Shown here in pieces: positions 26,558 to 35,430 of a stretch of 64,000 nt of DNA; position 1 is the stretch's first letter; each line of letters starts with the position of its first letter. The DNA lies in the IMG/VR virus record IMGVR_UViG_3300045110_000158, positions 644 through 64,643 of that record. One strand, written 5' to 3'. The notes below the pieces were generated by a model. That model was not told the origin of the DNA. It did not search any database and saw nothing but the letters and a program-made list of their open reading frames with translations. This DNA comes from a virus (taxonomy: Duplodnaviria > Caudoviricetes). The position numbers and the translations under genes are program-made.

Positions 26558-27757
26558 ATGGCACGACATCAAAAGCAACTCACAGTTTTCGAGACGGCGC
26601 GCGCCGGTCTCGTCAAGGTCAAGGCGCTGATGTTCTTTGCGTCAGCGTTGCTGCAAACCAAGTTCATCGAAGACCCGACGTGTGACACCGCTTGGACCGA
26701 CATGGTCGTGATCGGGTACAACCCGGAGTTCATCGAAGGACTGGATATCCCGACTGCCAAGTTCGTAATCATCCACGAGCTGATGCACATCCTGCTCAAG
26801 CACGGGCTGCGGCGTGGCTCCCGTGATCCCAAGCGCTGGAACCATGCGTGCGATTACGCCATCAACATCATGCTCAAGAAGCTGGGCTTCAGCATTTGGA
26901 AATACGCACTGATCGAGCCCACGTATGACGGCATGACCGCGGAGCAAATCTATGCGCTGCGAGAGAAGGAGCAACAGGGAGGCAAAGGCAAAGGCAAGGG
27001 CCCTCCGGGCCAGGGCCAAGGTCAGGGACAGGGACAACCTCAGCCCCGGCCAGGGACAAAGCCTGAGCCTGAGCAAGGCGGGCTGGGCGGCGATCTGCGT
27101 CCGGTGCCTGTGGCAACGCAGGAGCAAGCTGCGGCGATCGACCACGCGATCAGCAAGGTGATCGCGCGGGCAACCGCCATTGCCAAGCAGCATGGCGTCA
27201 TGCCCGGCGAACTCGAAGCGATCGTTGCCGGGACCTACGAGGACCCAGTGCCATGGGAGCAGGTACTGATAGACTACATGACAGCTTGTGTGGCGCAGGA
27301 CGAGAACTGGTCCAAGCGCAACAGGCGGTACCACGACGCCATCCTGCCCTCGCATAAAAGCAACGGCATGGATGAGCTGACCATCGTCGCCGACTCGTCG
27401 GGTTCGATGTTCAGCAAGGCGATCTTTGAGCGCGTCGCTGTGGCTGTGAACCACATTACGACAGTAATCAAGCCGATGACTGTGCGCGTGGTGTGGGCCG
27501 ACGACAAGGACTGCCAGAACATCGACGTGTTCGAGGACGGCGCCGAGGTGGTGCTTCACCCTAAAGGTGGAGGTGGCACCGACATGCGCAAGCCATTGGT
27601 GTTCGCTGAGCAGTACTCGCCGGAGGTGGTTCTCTTGCTGACGGATGGGTACACGCCGTGGCCCGAGATCGAGACGCCGTTTCCGTTGATCATCGGGTGT
27701 ACGACTGATGCGCCTTGTCCTGATTGGGCGGGCACAGTGAGGATAGAGGTGCAGTGA
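26558..27757 (+). CDS. Metallopeptidase-like plus VWA domain protein (DUF2201-type)
   Basis: HELMH (HEXXH), WNHACDYAIN; MIDAS DSSGSM, GGGGTD, LTDGY. Confidence 0.85.
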   Translation: MARHQKQLTVFETARAGLVKVKALMFFASALLQTKFIEDPTCDTAWTDMVVIGYNPEFIEGLDIPTAKFVIIHELMHILLKHGLRRGSRDPKRWNHACDYAINIMLKKLGFSIWKYALIEPTYDGMTAEQIYALREKEQQGGKGKGKGPPGQGQGQGQGQPQPRPGTKPEPEQGGLGGDLRPVPVATQEQAAAIDHAISKVIARATAIAKQHGVMPGELEAIVAGTYEDPVPWEQVLIDYMTACVAQDENWSKRNRRYHDAILPSHKSNGMDELTIVADSSGSMFSKAIFERVAVAVNHITTVIKPMTVRVVWADDKDCQNIDVFEDGAEVVLHPKGGGGTDMRKPLVFAEQYSPEVVLLLTDGYTPWPEIETPFPLIIGCTTDAPCPDWAGTVRIEVQ

Positions 27758-28072
27758 TGAGTAACACAATGATCATCAGCGTTGCTGTTGCCGTCTCGAT
27801 CCTCGCGCTAGCGACTATCAGCTACAACAGAGGACACGGGCAGGCGAATTGTCCCATCGTACCATTCTCTGGCTGTCCAACTTACGGGAGTAACTAAACA
27901 TGGAAATCGTTTTGATGACTATCGGTTTTTGGACGGCCATGTGGTTCCTGTGCAAGAAACTACCGGAAGCATGGAACGCAGCAAATGAGCGACGTATCAA
28001 TGCGCAGATCGCGATGATGAACGCTAGGTCGAAAGCTCTATCAGATGAGCTACAACATAAGGATGACTGAAC

Positions 28073-28255
28073 ATGGACCCTGAACAGGCATTGAAAGATG
28101 CTCGCGCAGCATGCGAGCATTGGGCGCACGGCGAGCGTGGTGACCACGATCTCGTTGCGTTCGATGAACTGGTCAACGCATTCGAAGCGTTGGATCAGTG
28201 GCTGTCACGTGGTGGTTTCTTGCCGCGTGACTGGCAAAGGAAAACTGTGCTATAG
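28073..28255 (+). CDS. Small conserved phage protein
   Basis: MDPEQAL...ALDQWLSRGGFLPRDW. Confidence 0.65.
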   Translation: MDPEQALKDARAACEHWAHGERGDHDLVAFDELVNAFEALDQWLSRGGFLPRDWQRKTVL

Positions 28256-28303
28256 AACTGACAACGCTAACTCAACGAGTAACTGAACATAGGAGTACTG
28301 AAA

Positions 28304-29155
28304 ATGAGTCTCGCGACAAAGTGCATGATAGTCGATGTCCGCATGTCCAGGTGGAACGGCTACAAGACCGACCCGAAAGCCAGCAGCAAACTCACTCGGG
28401 AAGCCAACGCCCAAGCTGGCAGCGCAATCGTTTCCAAGCGCGTCGTGCCCAAGGAGGCACTCGCCGACGTTACGACGGCGTACAATGCGCTGAAGGCGCA
28501 CAGAGATCACCACACCCTCCCGTGGTCCGACAAGGGTCCGCGGATCATGACGCGGAATATCTTCGAGATATTCATGTCAGGGTTTGGTGAGCTTGAACGA
28601 AACTTCAATGCCGCCGTCGAGGAGTTCATCACGGTCAAGTACCCGCCGGTGCGGGATCAGGCCGCCTTCCGCTTGGGTGACCTGTTCAACGACAATGACT
28701 ACCCGCCGCCCGAAGAGCTTCGCAAGAAGTTCAGGGTCGACCTGGATATCGACGGCATCACCGAGCCGGAAGATTTCCGCATCGCCTTGCCAGAAAAAGA
28801 ATTGAACCAACTCAAACAAACGATGGAGGAGTCCATCAATCGCCGGCTTGGTGATGCCATGCAGGACGTCTGGCTGCGCATCGCCGAGTTGCTCGAACAC
28901 TACATCGAGAAGATGGACGACGATGAGGCGATCTTCAGGGACTCCACCGTGAACAACCTCGTCGACTTGATGAACATCCTGCCGGGCCTTAACGTCACAG
29001 GTGATCCGAAACTCAAAGCAATACGTCAGCGGATCATGAACACGATCGGGTCCTACCAGCCCGACGATCTGCGCAAGGGCGGTGACTTGCGTGCCGCCGC
29101 TGCGAAGGAAGCCAGGGAGATCAGGGAGAGCATCGACGAACACATGAAAGGATAG
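28304..29155 (+). CDS. Conserved phage protein (DUF3150-like) associated with AAA/VWA modules
   Basis: HTLPWSDKGPRI, LGDLFN..DYP, IFRDS and LNVTGDP motifs. Confidence 0.5.
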   Translation: MSLATKCMIVDVRMSRWNGYKTDPKASSKLTREANAQAGSAIVSKRVVPKEALADVTTAYNALKAHRDHHTLPWSDKGPRIMTRNIFEIFMSGFGELERNFNAAVEEFITVKYPPVRDQAAFRLGDLFNDNDYPPPEELRKKFRVDLDIDGITEPEDFRIALPEKELNQLKQTMEESINRRLGDAMQDVWLRIAELLEHYIEKMDDDEAIFRDSTVNNLVDLMNILPGLNVTGDPKLKAIRQRIMNTIGSYQPDDLRKGGDLRAAAAKEAREIRESIDEHMKG

Positions 29156-29299
29156 TGATCGAGCTAAGGGCAGCACTCGGCGAAAGCCGTATGAACCTAC
29201 ATAAGCCCCACCGACAGTGTTGTGGGGACGGCTCCGGGGTAAGGACTGCTAATTCCCGGAGAGATATGAGGTACTCATCGTGCAAAGGAGTAACTGCAA

Positions 29300-29629
29300 A
29301 TGTCAATGAAAGAAAAACTACTCACACAACCTGGATTTTCAGGGTCCGACTTTACGACGGGCGATCGAGCGAACCTGTTGGAGATTCTCCAGCGCTCGCG
29401 CCGCATCGAGACAAGGTTGACTCGGTTGCTGGAGACGGAAGGGATTCAGACCGGCATCCAGCGACCATGGTGGATGGACGACCGGGTAATGATCCCGTCG
29501 CCCATGACCACGATCGACGCTATTCTCAAGGTCATCCCTGAAGGCTGGCCCAGCCCGGCGCAGGTCGTCCTTAAGGAGGAGCAACATCACGTAGTGCTGT
29601 GCCGCATCTTGCTGTCCAGTACAATCTAA
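29300..29629 (+). CDS. Hypothetical protein
   Basis: AGGAG SD; RSRRIETRLT motif. Confidence 0.6.
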   Translation: MSMKEKLLTQPGFSGSDFTTGDRANLLEILQRSRRIETRLTRLLETEGIQTGIQRPWWMDDRVMIPSPMTTIDAILKVIPEGWPSPAQVVLKEEQHHVVLCRILLSSTI

Positions 29630-29729
29630 CTCTAGCTGGCGGAAGCACTATAAAGAGTCGTAAGTTCGTGGTGTAGTGGTCCACGGCGCCAGCACTTTTC
29701 AACTTACTTAACCCAAGGAGTGACTTACC

Positions 29730-30428
29730 ATGGCTTGGTCCATTCGCTGCAACTTCAGTCCTATCCACACGTACGCTCAGGCTGTCAAAGCCTGGAAAGC
29801 CGCTGTGGTTTTTCCCAGAAGTCCTACAGGCCAGCGCGGGCTGGTCGATAAGCGCAAGAAACATCTCACGATCGAACGAACAGAGGCAGAAGATATTATT
29901 CTGCGGCTGTACGGTCGCCCCATTGTGACTTGGCACAAGGATAACTCGCTTACTATCGAGTCGTATCCTTCGAAATCGACGGTCACGTTCGCCAATCACT
30001 GCACGCCGCCTGAAATACGTATAGCGAAATGGAATAGCTGTTTCGCTGTCACGATTGATGGACGCACTTATCAGGTGCAGCGGACTACATTCCGACCACG
30101 TGATGATACCTGGAAAGCGGATCAGATCACACCGTGGTCTGTCCCTGTCGTCAACCGTGAGCGTGCCAAGCAAGCGTTTCAGGAAACCGGCTACAACGAA
30201 TTCAGGCAATGGCTCATTGTCTATTCGCAGATGACTATGGAACGACCTGATCCGACTGGGTTCGCCACCAAGGTTGCGGTTATCACCATGCTGCGTGATC
30301 GCAGGTGGCGCGAGCTGGTCGCACATTTTCCAAGACGAACAGTTGATGCGATGCTGTCTGAGGTACGGCAGGCGATCTACCACGAGTATAACTGCATCGA
30401 CCAGAAGTCCGTACCCTTTCTAGGATAA
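29730..30428 (+). CDS. Hypothetical protein
   Basis: 232 aa; AAGGAG SD. Confidence 0.7.
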   Translation: MAWSIRCNFSPIHTYAQAVKAWKAAVVFPRSPTGQRGLVDKRKKHLTIERTEAEDIILRLYGRPIVTWHKDNSLTIESYPSKSTVTFANHCTPPEIRIAKWNSCFAVTIDGRTYQVQRTTFRPRDDTWKADQITPWSVPVVNRERAKQAFQETGYNEFRQWLIVYSQMTMERPDPTGFATKVAVITMLRDRRWRELVAHFPRRTVDAMLSEVRQAIYHEYNCIDQKSVPFLG

Positions 30429-30433
30429 CTCAC

Positions 30434-32308
30434 ATGAAGATCGCAGCTTTCGACGTCGAGACCAGCGGCGAGTTGCCGGAGTACGCGCTGCAGCCTTGGC
30501 GACTTCGCCAGGGCAAGGCGTGGCTCACGTCGCTTGCCTGGGTATGGCGTCAGGATGGTGAGACCCAGCATGCTGGCAAGCTCCACCCGAGAATAGAAAC
30601 GATTCGTGAGATGCTGACATGGGCAGTCGAGACTAACCACATCCTGGTGGGGTGGAACGTCATCTTTGATATCGCGTGGCTCTATGCGTACGCGGAGCGG
30701 AAGCCGACGATCTTCAAGCTCCTTGATCAGGTTCGCTTTCTTGATGCGATGCTGCTGTGGCGTCACCTGGATATCGAGCCGGAGTACGACCACAAACAAG
30801 GGCGGAGCTATAGCCTCAAGGCAGCGGTGCCGATCTTCTTTCCGAAGTACGCCGGCTACGAAGCCGACGTCGACTACCACGGCACTGATCCGATTAAGCT
30901 TCAACAGTTACACCAGTACAATATTAAAGATTGTTTCTTCACTCTCCGGCTGGCCAAGAAATTCTGGAGTGGCCTGAGCCGGTCTCAGCAAACCGTGGCG
31001 ATCATCGAGGCCGCCTCGTTCAAGATGATCGCTCGCGCCAACCTGGAAGGGATGCTCGTGGATACGTGCGAAGCACGTAATCTCTCCGCCTGCCTCAAAC
31101 AAACCGCGGCTACCAAGCTCGCTCATTTGGCGCCTCATGGCATCACTGAGAAAATCGTGCGCTCGCCGAAGCAGCTTGGTGCTGTGCTCTACGATCAGTG
31201 GGATTTACCTGTGTTCAACTTTACTGCCACTGGTGCGCGCTCGACCGACAAGGCGGTACTGTACAAGCTGGCGTTACGCGACAAGCGTGTACGCGAGATC
31301 AAGGAGTATCGTGAAGCGTTGAACAACAACACCAAGTTCGCCGTGGCGCCACTTACGGCTTGTGCCTACAACGGAGATCGACGTGCGCATCCTCAGGCCC
31401 GGGTGTTCGGGACTTACAGCGGACGCATGACGTTCTCTTCCAAGCAGGGCAAGAACAAAGGCGAGCGGCAGACAGGCTTCGCCTTACATCAGATGAAGCG
31501 CGATCCATTATTCCGCCGGATCATCGTGCCGCCGCCAGGGTTCACGCTGATGGAGTTCGACGCCGCCGGTCAGGAGTATCGCTGGATGGCGATCGTGTCA
31601 GGGGACAAGACCATGCTCATGCTCTGTACACCGGGGCATGACCCGCACTCTTACATGGCTTCGCGAATCGACTCGCGTTATCCGTATCAGCAGGTCATGG
31701 CCAACGCCAAGAACGTGGACTCACGTGAAGCTCACTTGCGCCAGTGTGGCAAGGTGCTGAACCTGTCGTGCCAGTATCGTGTCGGATATAAAAAACTTCA
31801 TCAGGTTGCTGTGGTTGACCACGGCATTTCGATCTCACTCGAAGAGGCGCAGCGCATCCATAAAATTTACCTAATCACTTACCCGGGAGTTCCGGAATAT
31901 TGGGTCCGTCAAGTCCAGTCAGCACAAAGCAAGGGGTACGTGGAGACTATTGCAGGCCGACGTGTTCGCGTCACCGGTCAGTGGGGTGGCGACATGAGTT
32001 GGCAGATGGAGGGCACGGCTATCAACTATCCTGTGCAAGGAACAGGCGCCGAGCAAAAGTATCTTGCCCTGCGATGTGTGCGCGAATATGTCAACGAGAT
32101 CGGCGCGCGCTTTGCGTGGGACTTGCACGATGGATTGTACTTCTACGTACCCACGCCAAAGGTGCCGGACGCTGCACGCCACATCAAAGACATCCTGGAT
32201 AACCTTCCGTACGAAGCTACGTGGGGGTTCAAGCCGCCGATCCCTCTTCCGTGGGATGTCAAGGTGGGTCCTAGCTGGGGCGATCTAAAGCCGTTCGAGT
32301 TCAAGTGA
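30434..32308 (+). CDS. polA: DNA polymerase family A with 3'-5' exonuclease domain
   Basis: ExoI FDVET, ExoII GWNVIFD, ExoIII YNIKD; GTYSGR; motif A DAAGQEYR, motif B K..NL..QY, motif C LHDG. Confidence 0.92.
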   Translation: MKIAAFDVETSGELPEYALQPWRLRQGKAWLTSLAWVWRQDGETQHAGKLHPRIETIREMLTWAVETNHILVGWNVIFDIAWLYAYAERKPTIFKLLDQVRFLDAMLLWRHLDIEPEYDHKQGRSYSLKAAVPIFFPKYAGYEADVDYHGTDPIKLQQLHQYNIKDCFFTLRLAKKFWSGLSRSQQTVAIIEAASFKMIARANLEGMLVDTCEARNLSACLKQTAATKLAHLAPHGITEKIVRSPKQLGAVLYDQWDLPVFNFTATGARSTDKAVLYKLALRDKRVREIKEYREALNNNTKFAVAPLTACAYNGDRRAHPQARVFGTYSGRMTFSSKQGKNKGERQTGFALHQMKRDPLFRRIIVPPPGFTLMEFDAAGQEYRWMAIVSGDKTMLMLCTPGHDPHSYMASRIDSRYPYQQVMANAKNVDSREAHLRQCGKVLNLSCQYRVGYKKLHQVAVVDHGISISLEEAQRIHKIYLITYPGVPEYWVRQVQSAQSKGYVETIAGRRVRVTGQWGGDMSWQMEGTAINYPVQGTGAEQKYLALRCVREYVNEIGARFAWDLHDGLYFYVPTPKVPDAARHIKDILDNLPYEATWGFKPPIPLPWDVKVGPSWGDLKPFEFK

Positions 32309-32332
32309 CTAACAAACAGGAGACAAACAATC

Positions 32333-32872
32333 ATGAGTAAAGACGATGGAGAACGAGGCAAACGTACAGGTATGGACCAGGCGGAGGAAGCGGCTAATGC
32401 TCATTGGTGGCGATGCATGCTGGAGTGCGGCAAGATTATAGCTAAGCGTAAACCTCATTTTATAACCGATGACATAGTCCTCCTATGTCGATCACGACAT
32501 CCCAATGCTCGCACTCATGAGAAGCGCGCTATTGGTCCGTTAATGCGGGAGCTTTGCAACCTTGGTTTTTGTGTAACCACAAACAGCTGGATAAAAAGCA
32601 CACAAGCACAATGCCATCGACGGCCGATGATGCTCTGGCAAAGCTTAATATCCAATGCGACATACCGAAAAAATGGGGTGACCACCATGACTGGCTACTT
32701 AGTTAACACACGAACAAAAAGAAAGTTCGAGATCATCAAGATCGATCGCGACAAGAATTTGTTAACCCTTAAGGGTGAGACTGGCGGAGTGTTCGACGAA
32801 CCATACGACAAACCCAGGCTCAAGGAGCTTGGCTATCAGTACGTACAAAACAGCGAGCAACAAGATGCCTGA
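32333..32872 (+). CDS. Hypothetical protein, possibly a two-gene in-frame fusion
   Basis: Internal ATG at 32687 preceded by GGGGTG; N-terminal half visibly AT-richer. Confidence 0.55.
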   Translation: MSKDDGERGKRTGMDQAEEAANAHWWRCMLECGKIIAKRKPHFITDDIVLLCRSRHPNARTHEKRAIGPLMRELCNLGFCVTTNSWIKSTQAQCHRRPMMLWQSLISNATYRKNGVTTMTGYLVNTRTKRKFEIIKIDRDKNLLTLKGETGGVFDEPYDKPRLKELGYQYVQNSEQQDA

Positions 32873-33137
32873 CGGAAAAGAGTTACAAAATGTAACACCA
32901 TCGCAGCCCGGGTCCAACGGACAGGACCATGGGATCGATCCGAAGATCGTCAAGATGGTTGACTTTCTCGAACGGGCCGTAAGAACGCAGAACCCAACCG
33001 TTGGCACATTCATTGCCGCGGTCGGCCTCATGCTGGGGAAGAGAGGCTTGGACCCTCAGAACCTCGAACGTGTGATCTTCGACGTGAACTCCGCCATCCG
33101 TGTTGGTTTCTATCTCCACTACATCAAAGGAAAATAA
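32865..33137 (+). CDS. Hypothetical protein
   Basis: Start MPDGKEL overlapping the previous gene end. Confidence 0.55.
   Translation: MPDGKELQNVTPSQPGSNGQDHGIDPKIVKMVDFLERAVRTQNPTVGTFIAAVGLMLGKRGLDPQNLERVIFDVNSAIRVGFYLHYIKGK
32879..32899. repeat. 21-bp palindrome copy 9 (degenerate)
   Basis: agagttacaaaatgtaacacc; right arm perfect, 3 mismatches in the left arm. Confidence 0.6.
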
Positions 33138-33138
33138 A

Positions 33139-33699
33139 ATGTTGAACCATGTAATGCTTGATCTGGAGACCTGGGGAGTCTCTCCCTATTCCACCATCAT
33201 CGCGATCGGGGCTTGCGCGTTCGATCCTTACACCGACCAGCAAGATAAGATCATCACGGACCGTTTCGAGGTCGCGATCGCTCCGGTCAATGCCGGGCTG
33301 CGTGTTGATGCCGATACCCTGATGTGGTGGATGAACGCCGAGCGTGACGCTGCGCGCAGCGTGTGGCTGAAGATGCCCAAGGTCTCGACACACGTGGCGC
33401 TGGACGGTTTCAGTAACTGGCTTCGTTCGTTGAACAGCGGCAGCGAGAGCAGGGACCTTCGCATTTGGGGCAACGGCGCCGGCTTCGACAACGTACTCTT
33501 GAGGCAGGCGTACGAGATGGCTTCTCGTGAGGTGCCATGGAGCTTCTGGCATGATCGCTGCTTCCGCACGTTGCGCGCCTTGCTGACTCTCGAAGAAGGT
33601 CAGTACCTGGGCACGCAGCATACCGCGCTCGCTGACGCCGAGAACCAGGCGATCCGCGCTAATCAAATCGTTCGCCGACTTGGGATCAAGCTCACATGA
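33139..33699 (+). CDS. DEDDh 3'-5' exonuclease
   Basis: MLDLET, WGNGAGFDN, RCFRT, HTALADA. Confidence 0.85.
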   Translation: MLNHVMLDLETWGVSPYSTIIAIGACAFDPYTDQQDKIITDRFEVAIAPVNAGLRVDADTLMWWMNAERDAARSVWLKMPKVSTHVALDGFSNWLRSLNSGSESRDLRIWGNGAGFDNVLLRQAYEMASREVPWSFWHDRCFRTLRALLTLEEGQYLGTQHTALADAENQAIRANQIVRRLGIKLT

Positions 33700-34358
33700 A
33701 ATCGTCCATCCATACGACGTGGCTTGGCGACTATGGTGTGAACTCGTACGTGCCTAATGCGTGGATCAACCAGGGCTTCAGCGTCATCTACGCAGACCCA
33801 CCGTGGTCGTTTAAGACGTTCTCGGCCAAGGGTACCGGCCGCAGTGCGATCTCGCATTTCGACACGATGAGTCTTGAACAGCTGCGATCGTTGCCAGTCG
33901 GTGCTTTCGCCGCAAGGGATTGTGCACTGTTGTTGTGGGTTGTTCGATGGCTGCCGTCGCGCGCCATCGCCGATCTGTTGGACAGCTGGGACTTTGTCGA
34001 GAAGGGTAACGCTTTCACCTATGTCAAGACCACCAAGGACGGTAAGCGTTTCCCGATCGGTTGCGGTTACTCCACTCGCGCCAACCCGGAGCGCTGCATC
34101 CTGGCGACGCGCGGCAAACCGAAAGTGCTAGACCATGGTGTTCCGGAGTTGATCATTGCGCCGCGCCGCGAACATTCGCGTAAGCCGGAGATTGCCTACG
34201 AGTATATCGAACGACTCTATGCTGGGCCTTATCTCGAATTGTTCAGCCGCAACACTCGCAAAGGCTGGGCTAGCTGGGGCAACGAGACCGACTTGTTCGA
34301 CAACGGCCCGGTCAAGACCAGACGTCAACCATCCGACTTAACAGGACTACGTACATGA
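33696..34358 (+). CDS. MT-A70 family N6-adenine methyltransferase
   Basis: IYADPPW, TRANPE, REHSRKP, YLELFSR...GW..WGNE. Confidence 0.9.
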   Translation: MKSSIHTTWLGDYGVNSYVPNAWINQGFSVIYADPPWSFKTFSAKGTGRSAISHFDTMSLEQLRSLPVGAFAARDCALLLWVVRWLPSRAIADLLDSWDFVEKGNAFTYVKTTKDGKRFPIGCGYSTRANPERCILATRGKPKVLDHGVPELIIAPRREHSRKPEIAYEYIERLYAGPYLELFSRNTRKGWASWGNETDLFDNGPVKTRRQPSDLTGLRT

Positions 34359-35029
34359 AGCCTCTTCCTTGGAGCCCGAGCGCGCTGGATACTTTCAAGA
34401 ACTGCCCGGAGCAGTACCACCATCGCTATGTGCTCAAGGACCTGCCGCCCGAAGAGCGGAGCGCGGAGCAAGTCTACGGCGAGCGTGTGCACGAGGCGTT
34501 CGCCGATAGGCAGAGACCGAAGCGTGCAAAGCTGCCGTCCGATCTCGCAGCACACGAACCGTTCATGCAGGTCCTGGCTGCGCAAGCCGGCAATGCGTAC
34601 ATCGAACACAAGGCGGCGCTGGCGAAGAACCTGGAGACTTGCGAATGGGGCGACAAGAACGTGTGGTGTCGGATGATCATCGACTACCTGAAGATCGATG
34701 CACGCGAACGCCACGGGTGGATCGTGGACTACAAGACTGGCAAGCCGCACACGAAGTTCAACCAGCTGGTCATTTATGCACTATGGGCGTTCCAGGAGTT
34801 TGGCTACTTCGACACGATCGACGTGATGTTTTACTGGACCAAGGATCGCACCACATCCGTCAGAAGATGGCACCGCGATCAGGTGCCCGAGCTATGGGGC
34901 GAACTCACTGGCGATCTGCGTCAGTACAAAGAAGCGTTCAGGACTGACACGTGGCAGCTGCGCCAATCCGGACTCTGCAACGGTTGGTGCCCTGTGATCC
35001 GCTGTAAGTACTGGAGACCGAAGCGATGA
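34355..35029 (+). CDS. PD-(D/E)XK Cas4/RecB-like exonuclease
   Basis: WSPS...F..CP, G..VH, ID...VDYKTGK, QL..YA, C.WCP...C. Confidence 0.85.
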   Translation: MKPLPWSPSALDTFKNCPEQYHHRYVLKDLPPEERSAEQVYGERVHEAFADRQRPKRAKLPSDLAAHEPFMQVLAAQAGNAYIEHKAALAKNLETCEWGDKNVWCRMIIDYLKIDARERHGWIVDYKTGKPHTKFNQLVIYALWAFQEFGYFDTIDVMFYWTKDRTTSVRRWHRDQVPELWGELTGDLRQYKEAFRTDTWQLRQSGLCNGWCPVIRCKYWRPKR

Positions 35030-35394
35030 GGAAACCTAAGGCCAGCGACCGGAGTGAGTGGTGGGTCAAGAAACAAGTTAAGCTAATTCTCAAAGACACC
35101 GGATGGGAATCCTGGATGCCAAACTCCGGTATGTTTGGTCGGGTCGGTGTGAGTGACTTCCTTGCCGTGAAGAAGCCCGCGCTATTCATGGCAATCGAGA
35201 CCAAGTACGACGACGTACCAACGCAGCTACAACTCGCGTTTCTTAAAATGATCCACGACGCCGGGCACTATGCTTTCCTGGTGGACGAAACTAATGTCGA
35301 CCAGTTACGTGCGCTACTTACAAACGATCATGATCTATCTAGTTACCCAGTTGGTACTCTCAGAAAATGGCAAGAAAACTTGACAAACACCTAA
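35026..35394 (+). CDS. VRR-NUC-like nuclease or resolvase
   Basis: GVSDF, AIETK, PTQLQ..FL. Confidence 0.75.
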   Translation: MRKPKASDRSEWWVKKQVKLILKDTGWESWMPNSGMFGRVGVSDFLAVKKPALFMAIETKYDDVPTQLQLAFLKMIHDAGHYAFLVDETNVDQLRALLTNDHDLSSYPVGTLRKWQENLTNT

Positions 35395-35408
35395 TAAGAT
35401 GATACACT
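35380..35408 (+). promoter_or_regulatory. Sigma70-like promoter
   Basis: TTGACA-17 bp-TACACT upstream of the helicase. Confidence 0.7.
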
Positions 35409-35430
35409 TATAAGTAGAAAGTGACTGAAC

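Noticed and set aside
29156-29281. c-di-GMP-I riboswitch, hammerhead ribozyme or tRNA
   Set aside because: A GAAA hairpin is present, but the conserved cores (GCAAA..GGGACGCAAAGCC, CUGAUGA, T-loop GTTCRA) are missing
34355-35029. Cas4-like gene as evidence of CRISPR-Cas
   Set aside because: Stand-alone Cas4/RecB-like nucleases are routine in phage replication modules
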